Source of the DNA: Reclinomonas americana ATCC 50394
Lineage: Eukaryota
DNA length: 64,000 nt
Reading direction: 5' to 3'
Assembly: GCA_048213135.1 (NCBI GenBank)
Contig: PS015400.1
Coordinates: 1-64,000 of the forward strand
A model generated the notes under the pieces. The model saw nothing but the letters and a program-made list of their open reading frames with translations, had not been told where the DNA came from and did no database searches. This document shows, piece after piece, positions 36,713-48,900 of this stretch (positions within the stretch are counted from its first letter, which is position 1; every line of letters starts with the position of its first letter). The translations under genes and the position numbers were made by a program.

Positions 36713-37373
36713 TTACTTCATCAGCGATCCGCGGCGCGCACCAAGGTCACAGCTGCCGGTCTGGCACTGCGCATGCTTCTGCTCCAATCGCCGCACCGAC
36801 TCCTCCAGCGGTGGCCGTCTGGCCATCCAGAAGCGCGACCTGGCCCACGCCGAGTATATCCACTGCACCACCGGCGCCGTCAGCGGCCACTGCGATGCCG
36901 CCCACACCCATCCAAGTCCGAGTTCCGAATACAAGCGATAGAACACCTCGGGTCCGGAAATGACCTGCAGCTGCGTTGGAGGGCCATCGACGCGCACAAT
37001 CGCATGCATCGATCGCATGGCGGCGCCCACCGAAACCCCACAAAAGTGCTCCGGAACAAACTTTAGCGGATCGGTGATCTAATCGCCACATGATGAGACT
37101 CCGCGCACATAGGTGGGGACAACAGCATGATCGCAGTCTCACATCAACGTATGCCACATCGCGTTCTGCACTGAGTCCGCGTCGCTTTCCACGTGCCTGC
37201 AACCACGCGACCTCGCGGACGCACAGTGGGCACTCGCCATCGCAGAGGATCGTCAGGCGAGGCCACTCGTGCGCATGAGCAGCGTCGCAGGGAGGCGGAG
37301 GAATGCGCATAGTGGTCAGAGAAGGTGTCGCGGAGGAGGAGAAGGTGCGGGCAAGTCGCGCGAGACGGAGCAT
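36713..37373 (-). CDS. DCC1-like thiol-disulfide oxidoreductase (DUF393), with a possible mitochondrial presequence
   Basis: LTILCDGECPLCVREVAWL (DxxCxLC), MHAIV and SGPEVFYRLYSELGLGWVW. Arg/Ser-rich N-terminus MLRLARLARTFSSS. Confidence 0.85.
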
Positions 37374-37461
37374 GAGCTTGACTCCACAAAGACAACTCGT
37401 GCGATGGATGAGAGGGACACGGCGTGCAGGACGTTTCGTTGTGTGCAGGCAGGCAGGGAGC

Positions 37462-39974
37462 ATGGCCTCCTCACTGCCACCACCTCCTCTCCTCTCTTCG
37501 TCAGTAAAGGACGAGGCCGGTCGCGTGACTGTCAAGGTCAGACGCGACACTCTGTGCATGCACGAAGCGTCACACATGCGCTCATCCGTCTTTTCCACGC
37601 GCAGTCATACGCAGGCAAGAAACGCGCTGCAGTTGCAGAGGCAGCTGCAGGTGAGTCCCTTTGCCCCCACTTACTCATATGTGGAAGAGGGCTCTCACAG
37701 GTGCGTCAACACAGACGGCGAGGCGCCACCTGTGATCAAGCGCAAGTTGTCTCCTCGTCCTCCTCCACCTGCTGCTGCTGCTGCTGCACCTGCGCCACCC
37801 AAGAGGAAGCAGGAAAGAGTTCCGAGAAAGCGCAAGACCATGAGTGAGCTGCAGCTTCCCGGACCGCTTGTCACGCATTCCGTCTCCAGTGTGGCCACAG
37901 TGTCAGCTGAGGCACTGCTGATGGGCGTGGCGGAGATGCCGGCACCGGCACCGCGTCCGCAACGAGCTGCTGCTGCGTCTCTGCCGACCCGGTCGACGAG
38001 GGAACCGAAAAAGGGATACGCTTGCAAGTTCTATCTGCAGGGCCGGTGCAAGGAGGTACGGGCGTGTCGCGGGCAATGTCGTCGTTGATTGTGGCGTGCT
38101 GAGTGAGCNNNNNNNNNNNNNNNNNNNNNNNNNNNNNNNNNNNNNNNNNNNNNNNNNNNNNNNNNNNNNNNNNNNNNNNNNNNNNNNNNNNNNNNNNNNN
38201 NNNNNNNNNNNNNNNNNNNNNNNNNNNNNNNNNNNNNNNNNNNNNNNNNNNNNNNNNNNNNNNNNNNNNNNNNNNNNNNNNNNNNNNNNNNNNNNNNNNN
38301 NNNNNNNNNNNNNNNNNNNNNNNNNNNNNNNNNNNNNNNNNNNNNNNNNNNNNNNNNNNNNNNNNNNNNNNNNNNNNNNNNNNNNNNNNNNNNNNNNNNN
38401 NNNNNNNNNNNNNNNNNNNNNNNNNNNNNNNNNNNNNNNNNNNNNNNNNNNNNNNNNNNNNNNNNNNNNNNNNNNNNNNNNNNNNNNNNNNNNNNNNNNN
38501 NNNNNNNNNNNNNNNNNNNNNNNNNNNNNNNNNNNNNNNNNNNNNNNNNNNNNNNNNNNNNNNNNNNNNNNNNNNNNNNNNNNNNNNNNNNNNNNNNNNN
38601 NNNNNNNNNNNNNNNNNNNGGGTGTGTGTTGGGCGGCAGGGTGCCAGCTGTCCGTTCCCGCACGAGGGCGAGCCGATCACCAAGCGTGAGCTGTGCAAGT
38701 ATTATCTCAAGCACAACTGCACCAAGGGCGAGCAGTGCCCGTTCTCGCATAGTGCGCTGATCGTGGTTGTTCCTCCTCCTCTTCTTCTTCTGTCGTTGTC
38801 TCACTGGCGTGGTGCAGATCCGAAGCAGTTTCCGTGTCGGTATCATCAACTGTGGGGCTCGTGTACGCTCGGCGACGCATGTCCATTCTCGCATGATGCC
38901 ATCAGCGAGGAGCGACTGGCCGCACTGCGTGAGGACCGCGAACAGCACGTGCAGAAGAAAGAGTTTTGCCGCAGCGCACTGTCACTTTCCACGTATGCTA
39001 CCACCGTCTGATCTCCATCTGTGCATCGCAGNNNNNNNNNNNNNNNNNNNNNNNNNNNNNNNNNNNNNNNNNNNNNNNNNNNNNNNNNNNNNNNNNNNNN
39101 NNNNNNNNNNNNNNNNNNNNNNNNNNNNNNNNNNNNNNNNNNNNNNNNNNNNNNNNNNNNNNNNNNNNNNNNNNNNNNNNNNNNNNNNNNNNNNNNNNNN
39201 NNNNNNNNNNNNNNNNNNNNNNNNNNNNNNNNNNNNNNNNNNNNNNNNNNNNNNNNNNNNNNNNNNNNNNNNNNNNNNNNNNNNNNNNNNNNNNNNNNNN
39301 NNNNNNNNNNNNNNNNNNNNNNNNNNNNNNNNNNNNNNNNNNNNNNNNNNNNNNNNNNNNNNNNNNNNNNNNNNNNNNNNNNNNNNNNNNNNNNNNNNNN
39401 NNNNNNNNNNNNNNNNNNNNNNNNNNNNNNNNNNNNNNNNNNNNNNNNNNNNNNNNNNNNNNNNNNNNNNNNNNNNNNNNNNNNNNNNNNNNNNNNNNNN
39501 NNNNNNNNNNNNNNNNNNNNNNNNNNNNNNNNNNNNNNNNNNNNNNNNNNNNNNNNNNNNNNNNNNNNNNNNNNNNNNNNNNNNNNNNNNNNNNNNNNAG
39601 CATTGCTGGCTGCCGAGACGACGACCACTGTGCAGTCGCCGCCACCACCACCACCACCTGCTGCTGCCGTCGAAGCGACGCCAACATCGTCGCAGTTGAG
39701 CATGGTCAGTGCCGCCGCGGCGCCACTGCCTTCGTTTGTCGACGGTACCATGATTGTGCCGAGCGTCCCCGTCGAGCCTGCCGAGCATAAGGCTGACTCG
39801 ACATTACCATCTCTGCCACCACCACCACCTCCTCCGCCACCACGACCACCATCGCCACCACCAGTGGGCCTGCTATCTACCGACGGACTTCGTTCCGCCG
39901 TGTCGGCTTCACCGTTTGCTGCCTCGATGCTCGGCTTGGCATTCACCACCACCAAGCCCGCGGCACCCGGATAA
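37462..39974 (+). CDS. Triple CCCH zinc-finger protein (ZC3H4/6/8-like)
   Basis: CKFYLQGRCKE|GASCPFPH, CKYYLKHNCTKGEQCPFSH and FPCRYHQLWGSCTLGDACPFSH, with a Pro-rich tail. Confidence 0.85.
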
Positions 39975-40021
39975 CGCATGACATAGTGTGTGTAGAAGTA
40001 ATACAAGGGAACACAGACGCA

Positions 40022-42784
40022 TTAAATTAGGCTCGCTAACTCGAGTTTCTCGAGCAACTCTGTCACGTTGGACTGGTACTCCTTGTAGAATCTGGAGGCC
40101 TTGAATCGGCGGAACGAGTCTGCGCAACGAGGAAATGAGCCAACAGAAAGAAAGACACAGGGTGTTGTGTCGAGCAACAACACGGTTCCTCACCGGTGCG
40201 CATTGTGTACACCACGGATTTCACAGCGGGCTCAAAGCCCTCCACTCCCATCCCGTGGGAGAGATTTTCCAGCGTCTGCCGTCTTGCAAAGCCCGACAGA
40301 TTGAGCTCCAGCATCGCACCCGGCAGCAGGTACTGTCACCGCAGATGGTGAGACACCAGCCATGAACACGTACGCAGGCGGAGGAAAACTCACCTCGGAG
40401 CGAATGCGTTCCATTTCTTCGCGGATGCGAGTCGACTGCCGCCCACTACTCCGCTTGGCGCGCACTCGTAATCTTTGCACGTCTTCCCAGAACTGCGCAC
40501 GACATGTTGCACGTGAGCATCCCGAAAATGAAACGAGCCGCCCTCTCATCCTGCAACTCACCAGCAAATTCTCGACAGAGAACTCGGTGGCGAGGAATGC
40601 ACGGAACACTTGCCGTGCTGTTGCATCGTGCAGCACCTCCTCAAACGTGGTGGCCTGCAACAGTGTCTGTCCTAGTGGTTCTCGCAACTCCTCGCCCTCG
40701 TCCTGCACCTTGCGGGCACGGCGCATGCTCCTCCACGTGCCCCACAGCGGCACAATCACGGACAGAATGAGCGACGCAATCACGTCGACCACTACCAGAT
40801 ACGCCGGCCACGGCGACGTCGGCCACGAGTAGCCAGTCTCGGTGAGCACAAAGAACGGGAGAAGCACGAGGCAGCGCGCCACAATGCCGATTTTCAGCTC
40901 GCGGTTGATGCTGAACTCGTCGCGGACCTGGGCAACGACAAAGGGAGGTGGTGAGCGGCGACAGCACGGCGAGAGGGCAGTGTGTCACGCACGAGACGCA
41001 ACATTGCGCAGCAAAAAGATGAACACCAGGTTCGACAGAATGACAACGGCCATGACGGCGGCCACGACCAGCAGCGAGGTGCGTTCCAACTCTTGGCAGT
41101 GGCACGCTGCGTGACACGAGACAATGTAAGTCGGAGAGCGGCAGAGAACGAGCATAAGCGAGTGTACCTTCGCAGTAAGGAATCACCAAATCACCGATCT
41201 TGGTGGTCCGGCTGCGACTCTCCGAGGGGAACACCCAGATGGAGAGCGCCGTGATCAGTGTGAACATGACTAGCTCGAAGATGAGAAGGCACACCAGGAG
41301 GAACCACTCGCTGCGATGGCAGGTTCGTCAGCACCCAGCAGCACCTTCTCCTGTGGCAGACACTCACTCACCTGACAGTGTTTTCTCTCCTAAACAGCTT
41401 ATTCAGCGTGCCGTCGGTTGCGCGACCACGGCGAGGCGTGTTCTGCGCACGAAAGTCTCCGTCGGAGCTGGCGGCCGACAGCGGCGACCGCACATCGTCG
41501 TCGGCACGTGGCGTTTGGCCGACGTCTGTCATCTCGTCCTCGGTCATCTCGACCTGCAACGAACACACACGCTCATGAACAACGGTGTTGCGCAAGAAGC
41601 ACACACACAGAATGCGCACATCAACTGCCAAGCCGCTTTTCAGGGGCGTCTCTTCGCCGGCAGCGCTCGCCATGCTCTGTAACCGCGCATGGTCGCCACG
41701 CCTTCCAGGGGTGCTGGTGCCGGACTCGCTGCCCGTGGAAAAGTACCCGCTGGCGTTCATCGGCAGCGGCGAAATCGCGTCGACGGGACCCTCAAAGTCA
41801 AAGTCTGCCGACGAGTTTGAGCGCTGTGGCGCCAGCTTGGACCGCAGCTTTTCCACCGATAGCCGGAAAATGAGGAGCAAGCGAACACAGCGCAGAGCGT
41901 GTGGTGCTGCAGCGCGAGGAGGGGCCACGTGTCAGATTTGAGGCGGCTGACAAGAGAGTGGGGGGGGGGGATGGCACACACCCAAGTAGGCCGGCAGCGC
42001 CAAGTAGAGCACAAAAAAGTACACGGTGCATGGCATGTTGAGGAGGCGTTGTGAGAGGCCTCCAAACGCCAAGACAATGTAGCCTCCGACACTAGCGCGA
42101 CACACACACACGCGAGGTTACGAACAAACAGGAGCGGAGGAGACGTGACAGCAGCCACGGCGTACCTGGAGGCAAACAACAGCAAGGGCGACGACGCTCG
42201 TAATGGTTGCCTCTTGCGCCACATCAGCACCAACACCATGAGGAAGAGCCAGAATGCCGAGTACACCAGGTACAAGTAGAACACCGCCGGACCCGCAGTC
42301 TCCTGCAGACACAGAGAGTGAGGGCTAAACATAGCACTCGCTGGATGCACGTGTGCGAGAATATGCACTGACCCCTCACACAGACACATGCATGCACGCG
42401 CGAGCGCGACTCACGCAGCACATCGTGTCGACATCGACACACACAAAAGATTCACCAGTGTCCCCTCACACAAGCACAGAGGCATTCAAGCAGCGACACG
42501 CACACGCCCGAGTGCAGGGCACGCACAGAGAGAATGAGAGAGAGAGAGCAGAAGAGCGCGAGGAAACAAGACACGGACGCGTGAGTTCGGCATGGCATCA
42601 CTCACTCGCTCACACGCTCTCTCTCTCACAAACACAGACAAGACAGCGCGTGTGTGTGTGCGTGCGAGTGAGGCACACACACCTGCACACCGGTCTGCGA
42701 TCCATCTGTGCAGTGTGGATATTGACTCTTGGAGTACATCGGCATCCCCATGGCCTCATTCCAACACTGCGACACATACGACAT
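40022..42784 (-). CDS. 7TM-RGS protein (seven-transmembrane regulator of G-protein signalling)
   Basis: Seven hydrophobic segments followed by an RGS box: FEEVLHD...FRAFLATEFSVENLL|FWEDV, YLLPGAMLELNLS and MRT|DSFRRFKAS. Confidence 0.88.
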
Positions 42785-42937
42785 ATCGCCCACACAAAGC
42801 AAAGCAAAGCACACTAACTAACACACAACTAAACAAACACAAAGGGCGCACACGCGCGCGACGGAAGAACTGATTGACACAAAAAAGTGACTGCAGTGAA
42901 ATTTCATTCGCCTTTGCCTTCTATTCCCGCGTTCACT

Positions 42938-45900
42938 ATGAGTGGCGGCGATCGAGGTGTCGCGCAACCCCGCGCCTCCTCCTCGTCTTCCTCTGCGTCT
43001 TCAGCTGCGCGACGCACAATCACCAGTGAGCTGGAGTCGTCGATTGCCGCAGTTGCCACTGGTACGAATGATGATCAAAGTGTGTGTCTCTCTCTCTCAA
43101 CCCTTGCGCACACGTGCATGTTGGGTTCGTCTCTCTTGCTGTCTCTCATGCACACGTGTGTGTGTGTGTTGGCAGGTGCGAATGATGATGATGGTGGTGA
43201 TGTGGGAAGTGGGATTTCGCGACCGGGCAGTGCGAGTATTGTGGCGGTGGTGCCGGCACCGGCGCCTAGTGGAATGATGAGCTCCTCCTCGTCGTCGTCG
43301 TCGTTTCCGGATACCACTGGTGCGCATTTTTTCTCATTGGTTTGAGCGAGGAATGCTGCTGTCGCCAGCGAGAGAGGAGACGCGCAGTGCTGCCTGCGCT
43401 CGTGTTCTTGCAGAGAGTGAGAGTGGAGCGGGGTGCAACTTCGTGTTGGCATCCTCGGCACACACGTGTTTCACGACGAGTGTGAGATCCTCTCTTCCTC
43501 CTTCTTCTCCTTCTTCTTCTTCTTCTTCTTCCCCTCCTCCTTCTCCTTCTCCTTCTCCTCCTTCTCATCCTCCTTCTCCTCCTCCTTCTTCTTCTCCTCC
43601 TCCTTCTTCTTCTGCTCACCTTATTGTTGCTGCGTGGCCCACAGGTGCTTCCCTGGCCTCTCCGTCGCCGCCTCTCAACGAGGGACTGCCGCTGCGTCTG
43701 CTGTCGTCGCGACCGTCGTCTCGCGCATCAGGTATTCTTCTCGCTCGCGTTCTCTCTCCTTGGCACTCACAGTCGCTCACTCTGTGCGCGGCCTGGCAGA
43801 GGTGATCAACGCTGGCGATGTACCGCTGTCGTCGCGACATGCATTGGTGCCGATTCGAGTGCGCTGGGAGGGTGAGGCGCCAGTGGAGTTGCTCGTGCAC
43901 ACGCAGGTGTCGACGGGCGAGCTGGCACTGCAGTCGTCCAATCCCAATGTCGATCTGCCGGCCACGTACCTGCACAATGAGGCTCGTTAACAGTCTACCT
44001 CTCCTCATTCCTCCCTCTCGTCTCACGCGATGTGTGGGTGCACAGATCTTCAACAAGATCAACCGACTGGAGCGTGTGGTGATGCAGCCATTCCAGGAGC
44101 GCACACTGGTGTTGACGTACTGCCCAGTGGGTGGTTCCGACATGTCCTCGCCTGTGCTGTGGACGGGCGAGAGCAACCCGGCGTACGACGTCCACGGCAG
44201 TGTGGAGTTGTCGCTCGGTCTGACTGCGTCTGCGTCGGAGAGTGACTTGGCGTCACGATCGGTCAGCGCCGCGCACTCATTGGCACGCTGGTGCGAAGTG
44301 GGACTCACGCCTCCGCACAGGTCCGCTTCCCGTTCACGGCTCGTGTCTGCCGCTCCGTTTTGGAAACGGATTGCCGCGAGTTGCGCTTCGACTGTGTGGT
44401 GGGTGGCGTCGCCGTGCGCGATTTCACCGTGTGGAACCGGTCGGAGGTGCCATTGCATTTCAATCTGCGACTCAAGGTGTGTGAGAGTATCCGACTATCC
44501 ACTGTGGGCATTTCGCCTCGTCCGGCTCAAAAGTGACGCCTTCTTTTACCCTCCCACGCACATAGAACGACAACAAGAGCTTGCGTGTCGAGTTCACCGA
44601 CTGCGAGGTGAATGCACCGGCCAACATTGTCACAGTGCCGGGGTTTGCGCATTTCCGCTTGCGCGTTACGTGTCGTCCCCGTGAGGTCGGCAATTTCTCC
44701 GCCAAGCTTGTGGTAGAGAATCTCAGCAGCGACGACAACATGGCCGAGGTGCAGTTATTTGCCTCGGCGTACGCATCGGAGTCGTCGCCGGTGAGAGTCT
44801 GTCTCTCTCTCTCTCGTAATTCTGTTGTGGCAGAGTCTGACACCTAGTCGGCGTGTAGCACGCACTGGAGATCTCCGCTGCTTCGTCGGTAATCGATTTT
44901 GGTGACTGCTACGCCGGCCTGCCAGTACAGCGCACGTTCACCATTCGCAATATCACTGGCGACACTCTCGATGTGAATCTCTCGTCGGATGCGATGAAGG
45001 GCGAGGTTTGTGTCGCGTGTGCTCTCTCTCTCTCATTCGCGCATCGATTAATCCTCTCTTGTCCGTGCACAGGTCACGTTTTCACTGCCGAATCCCTCTG
45101 TCAAGACACAGAACGCCAACGACAGTCTCGCCGACGACGATGACATGTCCGACAATGGAAGCGACGGCGACTTTCATCGCTCGGCTGCCGCCACCGGTGA
45201 AATGCAGCACGGCGATGCTGGCGACGAGGAGTGGGACGAATCGAGCGGGTACTCTGCATCTCGTGGTCACAAGCAGCGCGGTATCGAGGTCGTGACGTTG
45301 GCTCCCGGCACCACTCGCATTCTCGAGGCGTGGTACACACCGCTGCCGACTCAGGAAGAGCGGTGCGCTTTGTGCCCCCAGTTCCCTATGAATCAGTCGA
45401 TTAGCGTTGCTCACTCGGTCTTTGCTGTGCTTTCTTGTGTCGGCAGAACTTCGAGTGCCGGTCGGGACCCAACCGGCGACGGCGAGAGTTCCAGTGGTGA
45501 ACGTGCGTGTATATGTGTATGCACGGCAACCAGTCGACTTGCGTTCGTTCTGACCGTTGCCTTTCGTCGCCCCTCACGAGCAGCCTCCTCGAGCACGGCA
45601 GTGACGCCGTCGACCACATCGGTTTCGGAGTTGCGCTTGTGGCCTCGCACATTCCGACTTGTTTTGCGGTACACACTGTCAGAGGCGAGTTCGGTTCTTG
45701 TACCTTTCATCGCGCAACTCGACAACTGACCGGTGCGGGATTGCAGTCGACGCCTACTCCAGTGGGCGACAGCGATCCGACCAAGGAGGACGCACTCGGC
45801 AGTGCCTCCTCGACAACCAAGCGCGGCGGCGGTGGCTCAGCAGCGCGAAGACCACGTGAGGTGGCGCTGCCTGCCAAGGCTCGTGTGTGCACAAGTGTGA

Positions 45901-48900
45901 TTCAAGTCGCCCCCGAGTTCCTGAACTTTGGCGAATGTGACATTGGTACGTGCTGTCAGCTGACACCGTGGTGAGTCCTGTTCTCACTTGGGCACGCGCG
46001 CACACACAGGCACCACCAAGACCGGTGCCATCCAGATTTTCAATCCCAGCGATCTGCCGGCGCGCGTCGCTGTGCAATGCAACTCGCACGTCATCTCGTT
46101 CAACAGCAAGGCTCGTCGTGGCTTCACCATTGCTCCAAAGCAGATGCGCGAGATCAAGCTCTCGTTCACACCGCGTCGTGTGAATCCCGACTACCGCAAG
46201 GAGATCACCGTCATCAACCATATGAACCGCGACAACTCGCTGTATGTGCAAGTGCGTGTGGCGGGTCAGCTGGGGGTGGTTGATGTATCGTCTTGACTCA
46301 CTCGCGCTGCATTCGTCGCCGTAGGTACGTGCCAACAACACGGATAGCCGCATGCTTTCCGTGCATGCACGCCTCTACTCGATCTCGTTCCCGAAGAAAT
46401 CCGGCTCCACGCTTCCACAGCAGTACTCTCAGTTGCGTCCATGTGACCCCCGCTTCGACCGGCGACACTGTTGGTGCTGACACGCTGTCATGCGCGAACC
46501 CATCAACAGAAAAGTCGACTTTGACTTTGTGGTGGCCAACTCACGTACCATGCGTTCGCTGGTCATCAAGAACAACACACAGAAGAAGCTGGTGCTGGCC
46601 GTGGAGTCCACGCGGGAAGTTGCGAACGAGAGTGCATGTACCGTGTCACGAACTCGCCCTCTTAAGCTCCTGCGTGTGCACCGTGCAGGACTATTCCGTG
46701 TATGTGGAGGACACGTCGCTTCTACATCGTGCTGGCACACGGAGCATGAGTCGCGCGCGCAAGGATATCAAGTTGGAGGCATTTGCCGATTCGCTAGACA
46801 ATCGCCGCGCAGATTCTGCACGGTTTGTTTCATTTTCTCTCTCTCTGTCTCCCACCAGCATTCACACGCGCCGTTGCTCACACGGCGTGGGATGCATCGC
46901 AGGCGAGTGGAGGAAGAGGCCTCGCCGGCGCGCCGACGATCGAGACTGCCAGCCGAGAGGTGTGAATCGAGCGTAGTTGTAGTGTTGCTTTATCTTGTTC
47001 TTGCGGTTTTAACTGTTTCTGTTGGTGTGTTCATGTGCAGCCTGGCGACTGATGCAAATGAGGCAAGTGTCGCTATCTCTGTCGCATTGCCTTTTGTGCC
47101 GCACTAAATCGTCGTTGCATAGGTGGATGGCGAAAGTGTTCTGGAATCACCTAGCGACGATCAGTACACTGCCATCTCACCAGCAGAGCTCGTGCACGAC
47201 TTTGAGACGTATCCCGTGCACAAGGCACCTCTTCTCGTCAGCCCAGAAGAAGAGGAGCGGTGCGTGCTCGTCACTTCCCCGACAACATGTGCGTGTGTTG
47301 GTGCTAAAATCGAGCTCTCTGCGTCGCAGCTACGTGTTGGCACGGATGCACACGCGCACATCGCTGGATTACTTGTTGCAAAACGAGATTCTGCGACGAG
47401 TCGATGTGCTGCGTCTTGGGCCGGAAGAGGAGACCACACTGTATGTGATTGCATGCCCCAAGCGAGGCGCTGCCACTGAACTGCGGCGCGTGAACTGGAG
47501 CTGCAACGGCTTCCTGACCTTTGACGTGAGGAAGTGTGATCGGTAAGAGAAATGCACGTGTGTGATGGTGGTGGCGGTGCACTCATCAACTCCTGTTGTA
47601 TCGTCGCAGTTCGGTGCTGGAGGTGTCGACAGCAGATGCCATTCCGCCGCTGAAAGTGGCCCTGCAGGCGCGAGTAACTGCCCTGTCATTCGCGCTGCCG
47701 CTCACGCACGTCAACTTTGGAGTCATGTACAACAATGGTACTGGCCTCCTCGTTTGCTCTCTGTGTTTGAAGTGCACTGACGTCTTTGCCAACTCGGCTG
47801 CAGAGCATCGCGAGAATCGCTTGGTGCTGTACAACAAGGGCGAGGTGCCGTTGCTGTTTCGTGTGTGGAAACGGCGCTCCATTGCCAGTGCCGACATTCA
47901 GCTCGTCAGTGCCAAGTACGGAGGTGCGTTTCTCGATTTGTTGTACTATCCTCGCTGTCGGTTTTCTCTCTTGTGCCCACACGCATGTCATCTTCTCAGT
48001 TATTCGAGCGTACGGCAGCCGAGATCTCAATTTTGCTTTCAAGCCGTCGCTGGCCGGCTGGTTCCAGGAGCAAATCTACATCGAAAACATTCTCGACCCC
48101 AGCGACACGCAGAGCATTCTTGTCAAGGCGCACGTCAAGAAGTTTGCCACATTCTGGCTCAAGGACTCGGTACGCACTCTACTCTGTGCGTGTGGTCTCT
48201 GCTTACTGTGTATGCGTTTCTGAATACTCGCGACGAACAGGAATTGGACTTTGGCACTGTGATGCTCGACGAGGTGTCGCGCGCACAAAATGTCTACATT
48301 GTGAACATGACGCGCAACTCTCGCATGTTCGAAGTCCGTGCCGAGCTGGACGAGTGGGCGCAGTTCCCGGTGGTGCCGGAGTTTATGTGAGTGGACGCAT
48401 CGTGTCGTACGTGCGTGTGTGTGTGTGTGTGTGTGTCTTCGTACAGACACAGTCGCGCTGACTCGTGGGACGTGACGCATGCAGCTTTGACCTGCAGCGA
48501 ACAGTGACCGACTTTGATGCCAAGAAGATCGAGGAGAGTATCGAGGCGCTGGACCGGAAATTGCGTATCCATCGGCGCAAGAAGAAGTTGGAGAAGGCAG
48601 CCAAGATCGAAGCCAAGCTGTCGGATCTGAAGCGTGCGCTTGAATTCTCCACTGGTCCAGCCCAGAAAGCAGCCAAGCGACAGGCCGAGGAGGATGCTGC
48701 GCTGGATGGCAGCGACGACGAGGCTGCAGGGAGCAAGTCACGAAAGGTATCATCCGCACATTGGAATTTATCCTGTGCCTTCTCCCCACCCCCCTTCTCA
48801 TTCCTCTTTCTTGTGACCAGTCCGCCTCGCGGTTCAAGACCGTGCCGAATGGTGTGCGATTTGTGGTGCCACGCAACGGTTTCCAAGTCGTCAACGTCCA

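Noticed and set aside
19623-39790. Long ORFs made mostly of X residues
   Set aside because: They are artefacts of N-gaps lacking stop codons.
43266-43619. Protamine-like poly-Arg ORF
   Set aside because: It is the antisense reading of a CTT/CCT tract.
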